A stretch of DNA of 64,000 nt from Gemmatimonas sp. (lineage in GTDB: Bacteria; Gemmatimonadota; Gemmatimonadetes; Gemmatimonadales; Gemmatimonadaceae): the NCBI GenBank assembly GCA_965279375.1, contig OZ257156.1, positions 672,001 through 736,000 of the forward strand, written 5' to 3'. The translations under genes were made by a program, and so were the position numbers. The notes below the pieces were generated by a model. It ran no database searches and was not told the DNA's origin. It was given only the letters and a program-made list of their open reading frames with translations. Of the stretch, positions 62,128 to 64,000 are shown piece by piece (the stretch's first letter is position 1; the number at the start of each line of letters is the position of its first letter).

Positions 62128-64000
62128 ATGCGCGTGTCGCTGGCGCTCCTCCCGATCCTTGCCGCCGTCCTGATCATCCCGACGCGGTCCGCGGCGCGTG
62201 CGCCGGCGCCGCGGACTCCCGTGCGGCTTTCGGCGCGCGATCTGAACGACGTGGTGGGGCAGTACTGTCAGGACTGCCACAACGACACGCGGCGGCGCGG
62301 CAATCTCTCACTCGACACCTTCGACCCGGGGCTCGCCTCACGACACCCCGACGTCGCCGAAAAGGTCGTCGCCAAGCTCCGCGCGGGCATGATGCCGCCG
62401 GTGGGGTCGGATCGCCCGTCGAGCGACACCGTGGATGCGTTGATTGCCACACTCGAACGGCAGCTCGATTCCGCCGCGGCGAAACATCCGAATCCCGGCG
62501 GCCGAACCTTCCAGCGGTTGAATCGCGCCGAGTATCAGGCGTCGATTCGCGATGTGCTGGGCCTTGAGGTGGACGCAGCCGCGTATCTGCCACCGGACAC
62601 CAAGAGCGACAACTTCGACAACGTTGCGTCCACGCAGCTGCTCTCGCCGACGCTGCTCGACGGATATCTCCGCGCGGCCAGCGACATCAGCTGGCTCGCG
62701 CTCGGCAACGCCAAGGCCTCGTCTGCAGCGCACACGTACACCGTGCCCAAGATGGCGTCGCAGGTGACGCACGTGGAGGGCGCGCCGTTCGGTACGCGCG
62801 GCGGCATCTCCGTGGTGCACACGTTCCCCGCGGATGGCGTGTATCGGTTCGACGTGAACTTCTTTCACGAGACGACCGGCGCCTTTGCCGGTGGCCTCGC
62901 GCGCGGTGAGAAGCTCGAAGTATCTGTCGACGGTGAGCGCGCCGCGTTGCTCGAGATCGACCGCTTCATGCACGCCTCCGATCCCAACGGTGTGGCGATG
63001 TCCACCGACACCGTGCGCATCACCGCTGGCCCGCATCGCATCTCGGCCGCCTTCGTGCCGCCTGCGTTTCAGGGCGTCGTGCAGGACTTGATCTCGCCGC
63101 TCAAGTACTCGCTGTCGAGTACGTCGAATGCCACGGCCTACGGATTCACGCAACTACCGCATCTGCGCGAGTTCACCGTGAAGGGCCCGGTGCGCGTTAC
63201 GGGGGTTACGGAAACGCCGTCGCGCAGGCGATTGCTCTCCTGTCACGCATCGAGCGGAGTCGCGGCCCGTGCCTGTGCACAGTCGATCATCACACGAGTG
63301 GGCAGCGATGCATATCGTCGTCCCCTCACCGCGGAAGACCGACGTGGGCTGATGTCGCTCTACGACGCCGGAGTCGCCAACGGTGCCGGCTTTGAATCCG
63401 GCGTGCGCGCAGCGCTGGAAGGAGTGCTGGCCAGCCCCGACTTTGTCTTCCGATTCGAGCGCGCGCCCACTGGTGTCGCACCCGGCAGCAACTACCGCCT
63501 GCGCGACATCGATCTCGCGTCGCGTCTCGCGTTCTTTCTCTGGTCGGCGCCTCCTGATCGCGCGCTCGTCAACGAAGCGGTCGCCGGCAGGCTGTCCACG
63601 CCCGCGGTGCTCAAGCGACAGGTGCGTCGCATGCTCGACGATCCACGCGCGGCGACGCTGGCCACACGCTTCGCTGCGCAGTGGTTACGACTGCCCGATC
63701 TCGACATGGTGCAGCCCGACATTCGGCAGTATCCCGATTTCGACGAGCAGTTGCGACTGGCGATGCGTCGCGAAACGGAGCTGTTCGTGGAGGAGATGGT
63801 GAAGCGCGACCGCAGCGTGCTCGATCTCTATCGCGCCGACTACACCTACGTGAACGAGCAGCTGGCGCGGCACTACGGCATTCCGAACGTGGCAGGACCT
63901 GCCTTCCGTCGTGTGCCGTATCCCGATAGCACACGGCGCGGCATCCTCTCGCACGCGAGCATCCTCACCCTCACCTCGCACGCCGCACGCACCTCCGCAG
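62128..64000 (+). CDS. DUF1592/DUF1587/DUF1595 (planctomycete cytochrome c-type) protein, runs off window end
   Basis: Absent from ORF track because it has no stop in the window; signal peptide, YCQDCHN heme motif, KLRAGMMPP, QRLNRAEY, LASRLAFFLWS, FAAQWL, VNEQLARHYG. Confidence 0.9.
   Translation, partial: MRVSLALLPILAAVLIIPTRSAARAPAPRTPVRLSARDLNDVVGQYCQDCHNDTRRRGNLSLDTFDPGLASRHPDVAEKVVAKLRAGMMPPVGSDRPSSDTVDALIATLERQLDSAAAKHPNPGGRTFQRLNRAEYQASIRDVLGLEVDAAAYLPPDTKSDNFDNVASTQLLSPTLLDGYLRAASDISWLALGNAKASSAAHTYTVPKMASQVTHVEGAPFGTRGGISVVHTFPADGVYRFDVNFFHETTGAFAGGLARGEKLEVSVDGERAALLEIDRFMHASDPNGVAMSTDTVRITAGPHRISAAFVPPAFQGVVQDLISPLKYSLSSTSNATAYGFTQLPHLREFTVKGPVRVTGVTETPSRRRLLSCHASSGVAARACAQSIITRVGSDAYRRPLTAEDRRGLMSLYDAGVANGAGFESGVRAALEGVLASPDFVFRFERAPTGVAPGSNYRLRDIDLASRLAFFLWSAPPDRALVNEAVAGRLSTPAVLKRQVRRMLDDPRAATLATRFAAQWLRLPDLDMVQPDIRQYPDFDEQLRLAMRRETELFVEEMVKRDRSVLDLYRADYTYVNEQLARHYGIPNVAGPAFRRVPYPDSTRRGILSHASILTLTSHAARTSA

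Overview
GC-rich bacterial chromosomal window, most consistent with Gemmatimonadota (Gemmatimonas-like). That assignment is inferred from the co-occurrence of SusC/SusD, PEP-CTERM, DUF1592 cytochrome and VPS10-like genes and has not been checked by database search. It holds about 50 intact CDSs. Housekeeping-type genes (manC-like, sua5/tsaC, plant/Chlamydia-type fabI, msrA, Fpg/Nei glycosylase, rsgA) are mixed with many small accessory genes (SRPBCC, DUF4440, VOC, serine hydrolases, creatininase, nitroreductase). No rRNA, tRNA, CRISPR array or integrase was seen. The main non-obvious signals are: (1) four decayed integron attC-like sites separating co-oriented genes at 1.9-5.5 kb, plus weaker remnants elsewhere, suggesting an integrase-less, domesticated cassette array; (2) a CutF/CruR-like Cys/His leader protein with a PPPRA tail upstream of a Met/His-rich outer-membrane-type gene next to an NRAMP transporter; (3) an uncharacterised 1011-aa multidomain alpha/beta-hydrolase plus partner, flanked by an IS3 scar and a LysR/isochorismatase deletion scar; (4) a dgcN-dgcA D-glutamate module clustered with an S9 peptidase, MFS and GGT; (5) a candidate leader-peptide attenuator upstream of rsgA. 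All family assignments come from motif recognition by eye.
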